Part shown: positions 37,896 through 54,396 of the stretch, one piece after another | How positions within the stretch are numbered: position 1 is the stretch's first letter | Layout of the letters: each line of letters opens with the position of its first letter | NCBI RefSeq assembly: GCF_009914755.1 | Contig: NC_060929.1 | DNA: 64,000 bases | DNA from: the human T2T-CHM13v2.0 reference genome, Homo sapiens | Reading direction: 5' to 3' (one strand) | Position numbers and translations under genes: made by a program | The notes under the pieces: model-generated | Told to the model about the DNA's origin: nothing | The model's database searches: none | What the model saw: only the letters and a program-made list of their open reading frames with translations

Positions 37896-39671
37896 AAGAG
37901 ATAGAAAACCACAAGCTAAACTGAGGATAAGTAATCTAAATATATACTTGACATACTCTGACAGCCAAAGACAGTTTCTCAAAGTATGGTAATATGTAAG
38001 ATGATTGTAAGTAGCACAAGAATAAATGCTATTTAAACTAGTTGGTATTTAATGCAATGCGTATTAGAAAAAAAGCATAAACAACACTTCAAATCCATCG
38101 TTTTACAAAGCTGGGTTGAGGCTAAATTAACCCTAATTTTAAAAAGTAAATAGATTTTTGAAGAAACATTCACTTATATTATACAGGTACTATTGAAGAT
38201 ATTGCCAAAGTCATAAGGTAACTCTAAAATGACTACAGTTTTGGAAATAGTTGTCCTAATCTGGTTCTTCAAATGGAAGATAATTTTCCCACAGTGTAGA
38301 TGAGTTTTATTTATATATGTAATGTGAAGTAATCCATATTTTAACAGAAATAACAATGTTTGAAGGTACTTACATTTTTTCTCATTAAATAGTTTGTTTT
38401 CCTAAACAAATTATTCCACAAGCAAATTAGCATTTAGTACTGCTAAGTCTCTATATTTGCCTTTCTTAAAACATGCTTACCTAGGTAGTTATGCCATGAT
38501 TGTAAATAGCTGATTCCCTCTCATTTCAACAAGTTTCATTATAGAAAATATATTGCCATTTAATCTACGCAGTTAAACAAATTTACAGAGAACTGTTTGA
38601 ACTCCTGCCAACTTACTGTAATGGAATGCACTTTAATGACTTACGTTCTGTTGTCACAGTGGTCAATTATTTATCACAGAATTTAGAATTTTCAAGAAAA
38701 CCCTGAGCATTCAAGTCAGCATTCATTAGTGCTTATATTTACTGACATTGGATTATATAAGTAAGAATCAAAAGTCTTATTTCATTATCTTTTCTGATGG
38801 CCACTATAAATGACAATGATAAATTTCTCATGTGATAAATTTCACATTTCCACCTCTAGTTTTAAGAAAGACTAAAAACTTAAGTATGTGCGAATGAAAA
38901 TAGGATTATCAAGATTAGCTTAAACCAACCATCTTTCATCTCTTGGATGAAGACCCATTGTGACTCAAAAAAATAAGGATTCTGTTGACATTAAGGAATA
39001 GGTAGGGTTGCTGATTAATTGTTGGGTGTCTACCTAACAGTATCTGCCACACCATCCCGCCTAAAGCACTCAGTTTCCCTCTGAGGGGGCAACCATCTTA
39101 CAGTTTCCTATTTACTACCCAAAACTTCATTTATACATATTATATTTATTTATTTTTACCCAAATGGTGGCATACTATACACACTGCTCTGTACTTCAAT
39201 TTTTCACTTAACAAAATAAGTTGAAGACTTGTTCCATTTTGATATGTAATAAAGCCACCTCCTTTTTAATAGAGGAAAAAATATTCCATTGTATAAATGT
39301 GCCACAACTTATTTATCCAATCCTGTAAGAAATTTTGATTGCTTTTAATCTTTACTACTATAAAAAATACTGCATTACACAACCTTGTACACATACAATT
39401 TTTGACAATGTGAATTAATGCTTAGAAGTGAAATTACTGATCCATATAAACTTTGGAATAGGCTGCTGGCATTTTAGGGGGGAAATCACATTAAATTTAT
39501 GGATTAAAATTTAAAGACTATGACATCTTCAGAGTCTTCCCAATGAGAGCAGAATATGCCTCATTTAATTCTTTTTATTACATCATATTTTACTGATTCT
39601 AATATACATATTTAAACACTTCTAATTAAGGATGAATCTCATAATCTAGAACACCTTTTCATCACTGCCAG

Positions 39672-40946
39672 AGCCAGGCATGGTGACTCACACCTGTAAT
39701 CCCAACACTTTGGGAGGGCAAGGTGGGAGGATTGCTTGAGCCCCGGAGTTCAAGACCAGCCTGGCCAATAAAGTGAGATGCAATCTCTGCAAAAAATAAA
39801 TTTGAAAAATTAGCCAGGTGCAGTGGTGTGCACCTGTAGTCCCAGCTACTTGGGAGGCTAAGATGGACAAATTGCTTGAGCCCAGGAGTTCAAGACCAGC
39901 CCCAGTAACACAGCAAGACCCCTTCTCTACAAAATAAAATTTAAAAAAAAATTAGCTGGTCACAGTGGCATGCACCTGTAGTCCCAGCTACTCAGGAGGC
40001 TGAAGTGGGAGGACTGCTTCAGCCCAGGAGATCAAGGCTGCAGCAAGCCATGATTGCACCATCACACTCTAGTGTGGGCTACAGAGTGAGACCCTGTCTC
40101 AAAAAAAAAAAAAAAAAAATCACTGTCAGCAAGTGACAATATGATAGTAGTTATTCCTGATGGCATGACAGGTAACTGCCATCCGTGGTCATGTCAGACA
40201 AACCATTTAAGGACCATTTGAGGAAGACAGATGGGTCATGTTCTTGTTAGAAAACCTTTTGTGACATCTTCTGGTAAGATCAGGAAAGTGCAAGCATCAA
40301 AACTTAAGTGTCAGTGACCTGGAAGAAAATCTTTTCAGGAAATGTTACAGCACCAGGGTTCTTAATGGCACTAAGGACAATTCTGTGTGTGTGTGTGGTG
40401 GGGGAAACAACTATTTTGATGACTCTACATCAAAAAATAATTCAGAAGAATCATATTCTAAATGTGAGGTGTCAGTAATACCTTAATCAATATACTTTGT
40501 TTCTATTTTCATTTTTATAATTGCACAAGAAATATAGGATAAAATATCACATAAGTCCAAGAGTTCTCCCTTTTCCCTTTTCCCTTCCCTTCCCTTCCCC
40601 TCCCCTCCCCTCCCCTCCGCTCCCCACCCTTCTCCTCTCCTCTCCTCTCCTTTCCTTTCCTTTCCTGACAGAGTCTTGCTCTATCACCAGGCTGGAGTGC
40701 AGTGGTACGATCTTGGCTTACTGCAACCTCTGCCTCCCAGGTTCAAGTGATTATCATGCCTCAGTCTCCCAAATAGCTGGGATTACAGGTGTGCGCCACC
40801 ACGCCCAGCTAATTTTTGTACTTTTAGTAGAGATCAGGTTTTGCCATGTTGGCCAAGCTAGTCTGGAACTCTTGGCCTCAAGTGATCCACCCACCTCAGC
40901 CTCCCAAAGTGTTGGGATTACAGGCATGAGCCACCGTGCGTGGCCC
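39672..40946. mobile_element. Composite, extended Alu (+, 39672-40119) and an Alu (-, 40666-40946) with a (CCCTT/CCCCT)n tail at 40565-40665
   Basis: Alu arms repeated; pyrimidine-rich microsatellite at the Alu tail. Confidence 0.8.
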
Positions 40947-41169
40947 AAGAGTTCTTGCAGTAAATACAAAACAAAAACTCTAAGTCCTAAGAGGTTATTG
41001 CATCAGAGTTATGGGCAGCAGTTTTTCTTAGTGTTAACTTTTTTTTAAATATGCAATTTATAATCAGTAGCATCTCAGATTTTATGAAATACTCTAAATC
41101 TTATTTTATGTCAGAAGCATTTTAGTTTCTCTCATATAGATTTTACACATTCATGTTAAGACCATTTCT

Positions 41170-43567
41170 TTTTTTTTTTTTTATTGATCATTCTTGGGTG
41201 TTTCTCACAGAGGGGGATTTGGCAGGGTCATAGGACAATAGTGGAGGGTCAGCAGATAAACAAGTGAACAAAGGTCTCTGGTTTTCCTAGGCAGAGGACC
41301 CTGCAGCCTTCCGCAGCGTTTGTGTCCCTGGGTACTTGAGATTAGGGAGTGGTGATGACTCTTAATGAGCATGCTGCCTTCAAGCATCTGTTTAACAAAG
41401 CACATCTTGCACCGCCCTTAATCCATTTAACTCTGAGTGGACACAGCACATGTTTCAGAGAGCACAGGGTTGGGGGTAAGGTCACAGATCAACAGGATCA
41501 CAAGGCAGAAGAATTTTTCTTAGTACAGAACAAAATGAAAAGTCTCCCATGTCTACTTCTTTCTACACAGACACGGCAACCATCCGATTTCTCAATCTTT
41601 TCCCCACCTTTCCCCCCTTTCTATTCCACAAAGCCGCCACTGTCATCCTGGCCCGTTCTCAATGAGCTGTTGGGCACACCTCCCAGACGGGGTGGTGGCC
41701 GGGCAGAGGGGCTCCTCACTTCCCAGTAGGGGCGGCCGGACAGAGGCGCCCCTCACCTCCCGGACGGGGCGGCTGGCCGGGCGGGGGGCTGACCCCCCCA
41801 CCTCCCTCCCGGACGGGGCGGCTGGCCGGGCGGGGGGCTGACCCCCCCACCTCCCTCACGGACGGGGCGGCTGGCTGGGCAGAGGGGCTCCTCACTTCCC
41901 AGTAGGGGCGGCTGGGCAGAGGCGCCCCTCACCTCCCGGACGGGGCGGCTGGCCGGGCGGGGAGCTGACCCCCCCACCTCCCTCCCGGACTGGGCAGCTG
42001 GCCGGGCGGGGGGCTGACCCCCCCACCTCCCTCCCGGACGGGGCGGCTGGCCGGGCGGGGGGCTGACCCCCCCACCTCCCTCCCGGATGGGGCGGCTGGC
42101 CAGGCAGAGGGGCTCCTCACTTCCCAGTAGGGGCGGCCGGGCAGAGGCGCCCCTCACCTCCTGGACGGGGCGGCTGGCCGGGCGGGGGGCTGACCCCCCC
42201 ACCTCCCTCCCAGACGGAGCGGCTGGCCGGGCGGGGGGCTGACCCCCTCACCTCCCTCCCGGACGGGGCGGCTGGCCGGGCGGGGAGCTGACCCCCCCAC
42301 CTCCCTCCCGGACTGGGCGGCTGGCCGGGCGGGGGGCTGACCCCCCCACCTCCCTCCCGGACGGGGCGGCTGGCCGGGCGGGGGGCTGACCCCCCCACCT
42401 CCCTCCCGGACGGGGCGACTGGCCGGGCAGAGGGGCTCCTCACTTCCCAGTAGGGGCGGCCGGGCAGAGACGTCCCTCACCTCCCGGACGGGGCGGCTGG
42501 CCGGGCGGGGGGCTGACCCCCCCACGCCCCTCCCGGACGGGGCGGCTGGCCGGGCGGGGGGCCGACCCCCCCACCTCCCTCCTGGACGGGGCAGCTGGCC
42601 AGGCAGAGGGGCTCCTCACTTCCCAGTAGGGGCGGCCGGGCAGAGGCGCCCCTCACCTCCCAGACGGGGCGGCTGGCCTGGCGGGGGGCTGACCCCCCCC
42701 CAACCTCCCTCCCGGACGGGGTGGCTGCCAGGCGGGGGGCTGACCCCCCCACCTCCCTCCCGGACGGGGTGGCTGCCGGGTGGGGGGCTGACCCCCCCCA
42801 CCTCCCTCCCGGACGGGGTGGCTGCCGGGTGGGGGGCTGACCCCCCCCACCTCCCTCCCGGACGGGGTGGCTGCCGGGTGGGGGGCTGACCCCCCCCACA
42901 TCCCTCCCGGACGGGGTGGCTGCCGGGTGGGGGGCTGACCCCCCCACCTCCCTCCCGGACGGGGTGGCTGCCAGGTGGGGGGCTGACCCCCCGCCACCTC
43001 CCTCCCGGACGGGGTGGCTGCCGGGCGGAGACGCTCCTCACTTCCCAGACGGGGTGGCTGCCGGGTGGAGAGGATCCTCACTTCTCATACGGGGCGGCTG
43101 CCGGGCGGAGGGTCTCCTCTCTTCTCAGACGGGGCAGCCGGGCAGAGACGCTCCTCACCTCCCACACGGGGTGGCGGCCGGGCAGAGGCGCTCCTCACAT
43201 CCCAGACGAGGCGGCGGGGCAGAGGCGCTCCCCACATCCCAGACGATGGGCAGCCAGGCAGAGACGCTCCTCACTTCCTAGATGTGATGGTGGCCGGGAA
43301 GAGGCGCTCCTCACTTCCCAGATGGGATGGCGGCCGGGCAGAGACGCTCCTCACTTTCCAGACTGGGCAGCCAGGCAGAGGGGCTCCTCACATCCCAGAC
43401 GATGGGCGGCCAGGCAGAGACGCTCCTCACTTCCCAGACGGGGTGGCGGCCGGGCAGAGGCTGCAATCTCGGCACTTTGGGAGGCCAAGGCAGGCGGCTG
43501 GGAGGTGGAGGTTGTAGCGAGCCGAGATCACGCCACTGCACTCCAGCCTGGGCGCCATTGAGCACTC
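41170..43567 (-). mobile_element. SVA retrotransposon, 5'-truncated (no CCCTCT hexamers), sense to SLC38A9; likely a young subfamily
   Basis: Poly(A) and AATAAA at ~41170-41185, SINE-R ~41186-41670, GC-rich VNTR ~41670-43460, Alu-like domain to 43567. 12-bp TSD aagaccatttct at 41158-41169 and 43568-43579. Confidence 0.97.
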
Positions 43568-44128
43568 AAGACCATTTCTATGTATTTTATTTTTTCTTAC
43601 ATTTTCTCATTGGAAGTCTATTTATTTTTGCCTGTTTTGTAAGCAGCTACTTTATTGAATTCTCTTACTGTTTATAATTTTTTCGTGGATTCTTTTGGGT
43701 TTTACAGGTATACAATGAAATAAAATTTAAACTCAAATTATTTTAAACTATCTGCTGAAATTTTACCTCAATGAAGATGAAGATTTTCTATTACTTTTAC
43801 TCTTCTACCTCGAGCACTTAGCATATTACCTTGCGCAAAGTGGGTAATCAATACGTATTTGTTAAATGAATTATATCAATGTACCTTACTTTGTAAAGTT
43901 ACCCCAACCACTCCCACAACAGAGATGTTGAGTTTAGTGAAAAAAAAAAAAAAACAAATATAAACCAGTAAATAGTATTCCTATTTACTTCTCTCCACAT
44001 GTATACACACAAATCCTGTAAGAAAGTGGATATTTTATAATCAAATCTATACATGTTTGGTTATAATTAGATGTATTTTAATCATTAAAGACCCTAATTA
44101 TGAAATGTGTTTTATTTTAAATGCTTAC

Positions 44129-44241
44129 CTTTTGGATCTTAGATCCGATGGCTCAAACTGGATATTCATAGGTCCAGGATCTCTTTCATGATCTACCTCA
44201 GAGGTGCCAAGATGCCTAGAATCACTATTCATATTTGCCAT
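44129..44241 (-). CDS. SLC38A9: SLC38A9 first coding exon (inferred exon 3), aa 1-37 [37 protein letters not shown] + 2 nt of R38; whole exon 44129-44275 including 34 nt of 5'UTR
   Basis: Reverse complement translates to the recognised SLC38A9 N-terminus. Kozak AAAATGG; acceptor ccttgtgtag|G at 44275; donor AG|GTAAGC at 44129; 113 nt, phase 2. Confidence 0.97.
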
Positions 44242-44459
44242 TTTTCTCACACTCTAAGCACTGAAGAAGTTAGTCCTACACAAGGAAGATAAATAATTTA
44301 GTTTAATTTTAAAATATTTTATTATCCATCACTAATAAATATTCATGAATAACAAATTGGAAAAATACTGGAATTTGCTGAAGTTATCTTAATGAGGTAT
44401 ATGCCTGAAATATTTATCAGAAACTTGCTAACCTTAAATGGAGTTATTTCTTGTTTTTC

Positions 44460-46900
<2,441 letters not shown>

Positions 46901-47286
46901 AAATAGAAAGCACAAGATAAATAAGATCCTCTCATTCTTTCTTCAGCCTATGCTAATCATGATATCTTTCCTATCACTATACAGAAGCTGTTCTTATTGG
47001 ATCACTAAAGATCTCCACATTGGTAACCCCAAGGGTTATTTCTCAGTCCTTAACTTACTTGACCTATTGGAAATATTTGCCAAAAGAATCACTTTCCTCC
47101 TTGACAAGCTGGATTCACTGGGCCTCCAGGTTTTTTCCCTACCTCACTGGTCCCTCCTCCTTCTCTGTCTCCTTTGCTGCTTTCTCATTTCTCAGATCCC
47201 TTTACAGTTGCAGAGTTCCAAGGTTCAGTCTTGACCTACCCTTGATCTCTTGGTAATCTTATGCAGTCTTATGGTTTTACTATCAT

Positions 47287-47478
47287 AGCTCGTGCTGCCC
47301 AATACAGTGGCCACTAGTTAGGTGTGGCTACTTAAATTAACTAAAATAAAAAAATTCAATACCTCAGTCACACTAGCTACATTTGAAGTGCTCAAAATCC
47401 ACATGTGGCCACATGTGTCTACCATATTAGACAGTATAGACATAAACATTTTTCCATCATTGTAGAAAGTTCTATTAA
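47287..47478. mobile_element. MER3/MER33-type DNA transposon within L2-like sequence (~46930-47900)
   Basis: gtgctgcccaatacagtggccactag...gaagtgctcaaaatccacatgtggcc...gtagaaagttctatt. Confidence 0.65.
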
Positions 47479-48518
47479 TTTAGGCAATGACAATTTCCAT
47501 ACTAATATCTCTAGCCTAAACTTCTTTTTTGAATTTCAGGCTTGCTTATTCAACTGCCTACTCAACATCTTTAGCTAGATGTAATAGACAGCTCAAACCT
47601 AACATGTCCAAAATGGAATTTCTGATTTTCTTCCCCCAAAACTACCCCACCTAGTGTTTTCCTATTTCAGTTGATAAAATCTTTTTCTACTTGCTCAGGC
47701 CAAAATTCTTAGAATCACTCATGACTTCTTTTTCTCACAGTCTACATTCAACCCATTAGGAAATCTTATTGGCTTTTCCTTCAAATATATGCAGAATCTA
47801 ATCACTACCATTTCTTACCAAGATTACCACAACAGCATTCTAATGGAGCTCCCTGCTTCTATCCTTATCCCCCTACACTGTACTCTACACAGCATGTCAA
47901 GAATTGTAGAAAAGGGTAATAAGGAATTTGGCCTTACCCAATTGGTTGTTAGAATTAAAGGGAGTGCTACTGACACCCAGTGGGTAGAGGTCGGGGATGC
48001 TGATGAAATAAATAGGTTTTAACATGTAAAAGCAAGGGATGTAGCTTTATTACTTACCCTGTAAATTACTATTATTATCCTCATTTTATAGATAAGGATA
48101 CACAGCAGAGAAGTAACTGATCACAAAGTTAGTAAGTGGCAGAGTTGGAATTAAAAACGAGGCAGTCTAAATCCAGAGCCTGTTCTCTTTACCACTATGC
48201 TATGCTGTCTTTCCTGTTCTTTGTCATTTCTTTCTCAGTCCCTTGTATCTTTCACTTTCTTCTGTTACTTGTTACTGCCCAGACTACTTAACAAGTACAG
48301 TTTTATTGTTGCCATATTTGTTTAACGGACTCATATGTCCACTTTTCTTAATTTTCTAAATGTAACATTTATGAAACAGTAGGAAGAAAATAAAGTTTTT
48401 GAATTAGAAATCCTGTATCTAACACTCACTACCTGTGTAACTTAGCATTAACAATTTAATCTCCATGAGACTATCTCTGCATCTTCAAAATTTAAACAAA
48501 TTAATGTTTGAGGATTAA

Positions 48519-48650
<132 letters not shown>

Positions 48651-50328
48651 TGATCCTCCCACCTCAGCCTCCCAAGTAGCTAGGACTACAAGTGTGCACC
48701 ACCATGCCTGGCTATTTTTTTTTTTTGGTAGAGACGGAGTTTCACTATGTTGCCCAGGCTGGTCTTGAACTCCTGACCTCAAGTAATCTTTCTGCCTCAG
48801 CTTCCCAAAGTGCTAGGATTAAAGGCATGAGCCACCATGTCTGACCTCATTTAGTACTTTGTAATGGGAAAAAAAATGTTCAAATGTATTATCATTTCCA
48901 TCAAAAACCAAATGAAAATACTTGCTCTTTTTTTTTTAAACATAGGCAGCCTCTTGAGGTTTTTCCTTTTTTAAGTGAAAAATTTTTCTTCAGTCATGAA
49001 CATCTAGGCAAATGATGTCAACCTACCACTGATTATTATGTGACACAGATGTTAGTAACATGTTCTATTTCCCAAATATGTACATTTTCTTTTCTCTGTT
49101 GTTTTGATTTCCACTTCCCTTTTCTCTTCTGCTTTCCTGCCCAACGTTTAAGCAAGTCAAAGCTCTCATTAGCTTAGTCCTACTAAAGACAAACAAATAA
49201 AGTTAAATAAAAATATTAAAGTAGTACCTTACAACAGTAACTTAAAAAAAAGTAAAACCAAAATACCACCATTTCCAAACAAGAAGGGCTTTATTTCTAT
49301 ATCTTATGAAGGGAGTGTGATGGTAAAAATGATTATCTATTTTAAGATGTGACAACTAAAATACTGAGTAATGGTAAACTCTGAACAATATATTCATTCA
49401 ACAAGTTCTCAACAAGTCCCTACAATATACTGAGGTATTGAAAAACATAGAAAAAAAATGTAAGTCATGATCCCTACCCTCAATAAAGTTAAAAAAAAAT
49501 CATTTATGAAGCCTAGAGAAGTCAAGTAACTTGTCCTAAATCACTTGAATAATAAAACATATTAGGATGCTAATAACCAATTCCAATTTTCAGTTCATCA
49601 TTTCACTTTCAGCTCAAATCTATACCAACTGCTAGCTCTAGCTGTCAAATTAGCTTAGTAATAGATCAGTGTAAAATTTATTCTTTTAAGGTAAAAAGAA
49701 TAAGTAAGTTGACTCTTTGAGACACAGATTCATATAATGTATTATACATATTCAAAAATCTATAGCATAAAAATGTTCTTGACTATAAAGTACATAATTC
49801 AGTGATAATTGTTACAAAAATCCCAGTAAGATGGGACCAACTGAGATAAAGTTACTCATTACTGTTAATTTCATTAAAATAGTTGAGCAGCAAAAAACAA
49901 AAGCCTGCTCTTTCTCTTCCTTCCTTTACATAATAAAACTGATTAACAATTCGGTTGACTTGTTTGGTCTTAAGTTTTAAAACTAAAAGGCAGAATTTTT
50001 CAAAATTAACCTACTAATTTATGACATTAAGATGGAATGAAGTTAGGATTGATAGAATCTGTTAAATCTTCTTAGTTTAAAACTGTCAAATTGACTAATT
50101 AACTTGAAAAGATGATTCCCCAGATGTAATAAATGAAAACATTCTATATAAATAGGCCTGGCATGGTGGCTCATTCCTGTAATCCCAGCACTTCGGGAGG
50201 CTAAGGCAGGAGGACCCTTTGAGGCCAGGAGATTCAGAGTTGAGACCAACCCTGGCAACATGGCAAGACCGTGTCTCTACAAAATTTGATTGATATATAT
50301 ATATGCATGCCCGGCATGGTGGTGCTCA

Positions 50329-50499
<171 letters not shown>

Positions 50500-51996
50500 T
50501 TAACCTGGGTGTAGCACCAGAATTAAAAGCTTAGGAAAGAAATAAACATATTGTAGAGAAGTTCTATTTAGAATTGTATTATAGCTTTATTGATTTTTAA
50601 AGCATTACCTCAATTTAAAAAATTAAACATTTTAGAAGTTGAAAAGATGATTGTAGGGAAGCCAGTATCCTTTCATCAAAAAGAATAACACAGAACTTGG
50701 GAAAAACTTATTCAGGAAACTCTGAAACACATGAAAATTTTAAAAACCTATAAGTTAGTAAGTACAAGCATTTAGAACAATGTCAAACTTTTACCAAAGT
50801 CTGTGTAAGAGTTTGCTATTATTATTTTTGAACTTAACGAAGGTTAATAAAATTTTTTATTGTAGGGAAGAACAGCAATCCATAGAATTGTTAAGAAATG
50901 CTAGAGAAAAATTTTAATATTGATAAGTAGCCAGAACCGTATCACTCCTAAATCTCCAACAATGCATAAAAGCACTTTCAGAAAGAACTGCAAGGCATTA
51001 ATTTGTCTGAATTACACACATGGGGTAATTTGAGATTTGGGCTATTCTGGTGCTATCAAGTAGTGTGTGGTGGTTGATAGCTCACAAGTAAGATTGCCTG
51101 GATGTGAATCTTGGTTCTGCCATTTATTAACTGTGCAACTTTGGGCAACTTACTTAAATTCCCTAAGATTCATTGGTTTTGGAGATAATAAAAATACTAG
51201 TCTTACAGGGTTTCGGATTAAAATGAGATAATACATATAATGTGGCTGGTACACACTGAATATTCAACAAACATAGCTATCACTTTTATTATGAATTTGG
51301 CTGTTTAAAACTAGAAAAATTACTCGTTGGAAGGACATACAAGAAGAAACTTTTTTTAAAAGAAAAAGAAAAAATATGTATTGCCTTAACTTAGCGGCCT
51401 GAACAAAATCAGCTGATGTATCTACATGCCTTTAGTATAAAGTGAGCAAACTCAGCAAGGTAAGAAAAATAAAAAGGTTGACCTTTATATAATAGAATTA
51501 TTGAACTGCCACAAACAAGATAGCACTAAAGGATATCAAAAAGACAAAACTTGGTGTCATTTTTGAAGGAAAATTGAGAGAAAAACACAAGTTAATAGAA
51601 GATAGTGGGAGATGGAACTAACATTTATTTATTGAATGCCTAATACTGGCCTAATGTTTTACATGTTATTGTTTAAATCCAATAAATCCTTAGAATTTGG
51701 GAAATGGGTATTACCTTCATATTACAAAAAAAAAAAAAAAAAAAAGAAAGAAAGAAAAAGAAAGAAATTAATTGAAGCTCAGAGAAGTAATTTGTCCTAA
51801 ATCACTAAGCTAAGAAAACCATACTTGGGATTGAAACCCGGTCACTTTGATTCTAAATGTTATTTCCAGTATACTCTGATGTCTGCCTTAAAAAGGAGGA
51901 GTTAGGTTGGAAGACAAAAGAAGCATCTGAAAATCAGGTCTTCTTTGTTTAGTTTTGTAAATATAAAATAATAGCTATAATGGCAAATGGCCTTAA

Positions 51997-52233
<237 letters not shown>

Positions 52234-54015
52234 TGATCTGCCTGCCTCGGCCTCCCAAAGTGCTGGGATTACAGGCAGGAGCCACCGTGCCTGGCTGGCT
52301 TTAAACTCTTTAAGACATAATCAGGGCTAGAATGAGTGAAACTTCATGCCTGGGTATACAGATTACACATTAAACACCATGAATCAGTTTTTCTTGAAGC
52401 AAGCTAGTTTAGGTAAATTTCTTTTGTTGCAAAATTTTTTGTCTCAAGGCTCAATATTTCCTTAGCCAGCAACAACCCTTCCAGTGGCAGTGAAACAAGG
52501 GAAAGGACAGAAGCCAAGTCAGAGTAGCAAAAACATATCTGCCTAAACAATGGCAGAAATATATGGCTATACTTTCTAATTTACTTTGTAAACCAATATA
52601 CTCTGTAGTATTGGTTCCTAAACTAAACTGAGAATGTGGGTGAGTTTAGAGAGAGAAGATCCTTTCACTTTCTGGAAATTAATACTTTACTTAAAGATTG
52701 AAAGTGAAGAAACCAGGAAAGAGGAGAAATCTAGAAAGATCCTTGGATTTCAGTGAACCTTATCAAAAAGTGAAATCAAGGTTGGGGAAAAATGTAAGGG
52801 CCACTGAGGAATTAAAATTTCCAGTTTAGTCACCTATGTGTATTTGTTCTGAGCAAATCCAAAGTTCTGCAGCATAGCAGAATTAGCTATTTATTCTAAA
52901 TAAGTAGAAAACTGATGATTTCAAATAACAAATCATAAATGAGGAGTTCAAAGTCCCTGGTGCCTTTCAAAGATTTATAATATTCAAGTAAATATGAAGA
53001 ACTGTAAGAAAACTGGTAATTTGCAGTTGTCTCAATTAGTCAATCAGCATGATGTTAAATTTTCAACAGAAATTTAATGTCCCCTCCTTTTTTCCCCACA
53101 CAGAGCCAAGGTGGAATTTTTTTATTTAAATTTTTTAATTTTTATTTTTTTGTGTAGATGGTGCAAGTTTTGTCACAACAGAAACAACTGTACTCGTTGC
53201 TCCTGAGAATTTCAGGTGACAACAGATATGCTTTCTTTTTTTTTTTTTGAGACAGGGTCTCACTCTGTCACCCAGGCTGGAGTGCAGTAGTGCCATCTGG
53301 GCTTGCTGCAACCTCCTCCCGCCAGGCTCAAGCTATCCTCCCACCTCAGCCTCTAAAATAGCTGGGATCCCAGCTGTGCGCCACTATGTTGCCCAGCCTG
53401 GCCTCAAGTAATCTTCTTGCCTCAGCCTCCCAAAGTACCAAAGTGCTGGGATTATAGGCATGAGCCACCATGCCTAGTCTTAAAGCTTTTTTGAATGTCT
53501 TGATGAGAAGTATAAAATATCCCGAAGTTTGATGACTTAGGTTGAGAGGTGAATTAGAGTTCCACAGCAAATATTACATAGGTGATAATGCAGAATAGTT
53601 TATCAATGATTAACAAAAATGCTAAATACTTCTATAGTATTAATTTGTCAGACATTACATTGATATAATTTGGTAGGGGCTAAATATACAAGATGACATA
53701 AACAGACATATTCCAGCCTGGCCAACATAGTGAAACCCTGTCTCTACTAAAAGTACAAAAATTAGCCAGCAGTGGTGGCACACACGTGTAGTCCCAGCTA
53801 CCCGGGAGGCTGAGGCAGGAGAATTGCTTGAACCCAGGAGGCAGAGGTTGCAGAGCAAGACTCTGTCTCAAAACAAAACCCAGACATAATCACTTTTAAC
53901 ATCTCACTCAATCTCTGAGTTTTAAAACAAAGTCCCAGATGCAAGACCACTAAGTCAAATCTAAGTCATTAAATGAGTCTCTAATTGTTTAAGATTGGTT
54001 TTAATAAGGAGTCCA

Positions 54016-54396
54016 GCTATGATTTGAATGTTTGTGTCCCGTCCAAAATTCATATGTTGAAACTTAATTGCCAATGTTATAGTATTAACAGGTAGACCCT
54101 TTTGGAGGTAATTATGTCAGGAAGGCAGAACCCTTATGAATGGAGTTAGTAACCTTATGAAAAGTTTGAAGGGAACTAGCTAGATCCCTTTTGTCTTTCC
54201 ATCCCTTCCCCCATGTGAGGACACAGCACCAAGGCACCATCTTGGAAGCAGAGACCGGGTCCTCACCAAACATCAAATCTGCAGGTGGCTTGATCTTGGA
54301 CTTCCCAGCCTCCACAACTGCTAGAAATTAATTTCTATTGTTTATAAATTACCTAGCCTCAAGTATTTCATTAGAGCAGCACCAAGAGACTGAGAT
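54016..54396 (+). mobile_element. MST-type MaLR solo LTR
   Basis: gctatgatttgaatgtttgtgtcccgtccaaaattcatatgttgaaac...gactgagata. Confidence 0.8.

Noticed and set aside
41670-43460. Repeat array superficially resembling a CRISPR or repeat-spacer system
   Set aside because: No unique spacers, human context, and bounded by SVA domains and a TSD.
41205-43677. Many overlapping 60-170 aa Pro/Gly/Arg-rich ORFs
   Set aside because: They are translations of the SVA VNTR, SINE-R and Alu-like domains, open because the GC-rich repeats lack stops.
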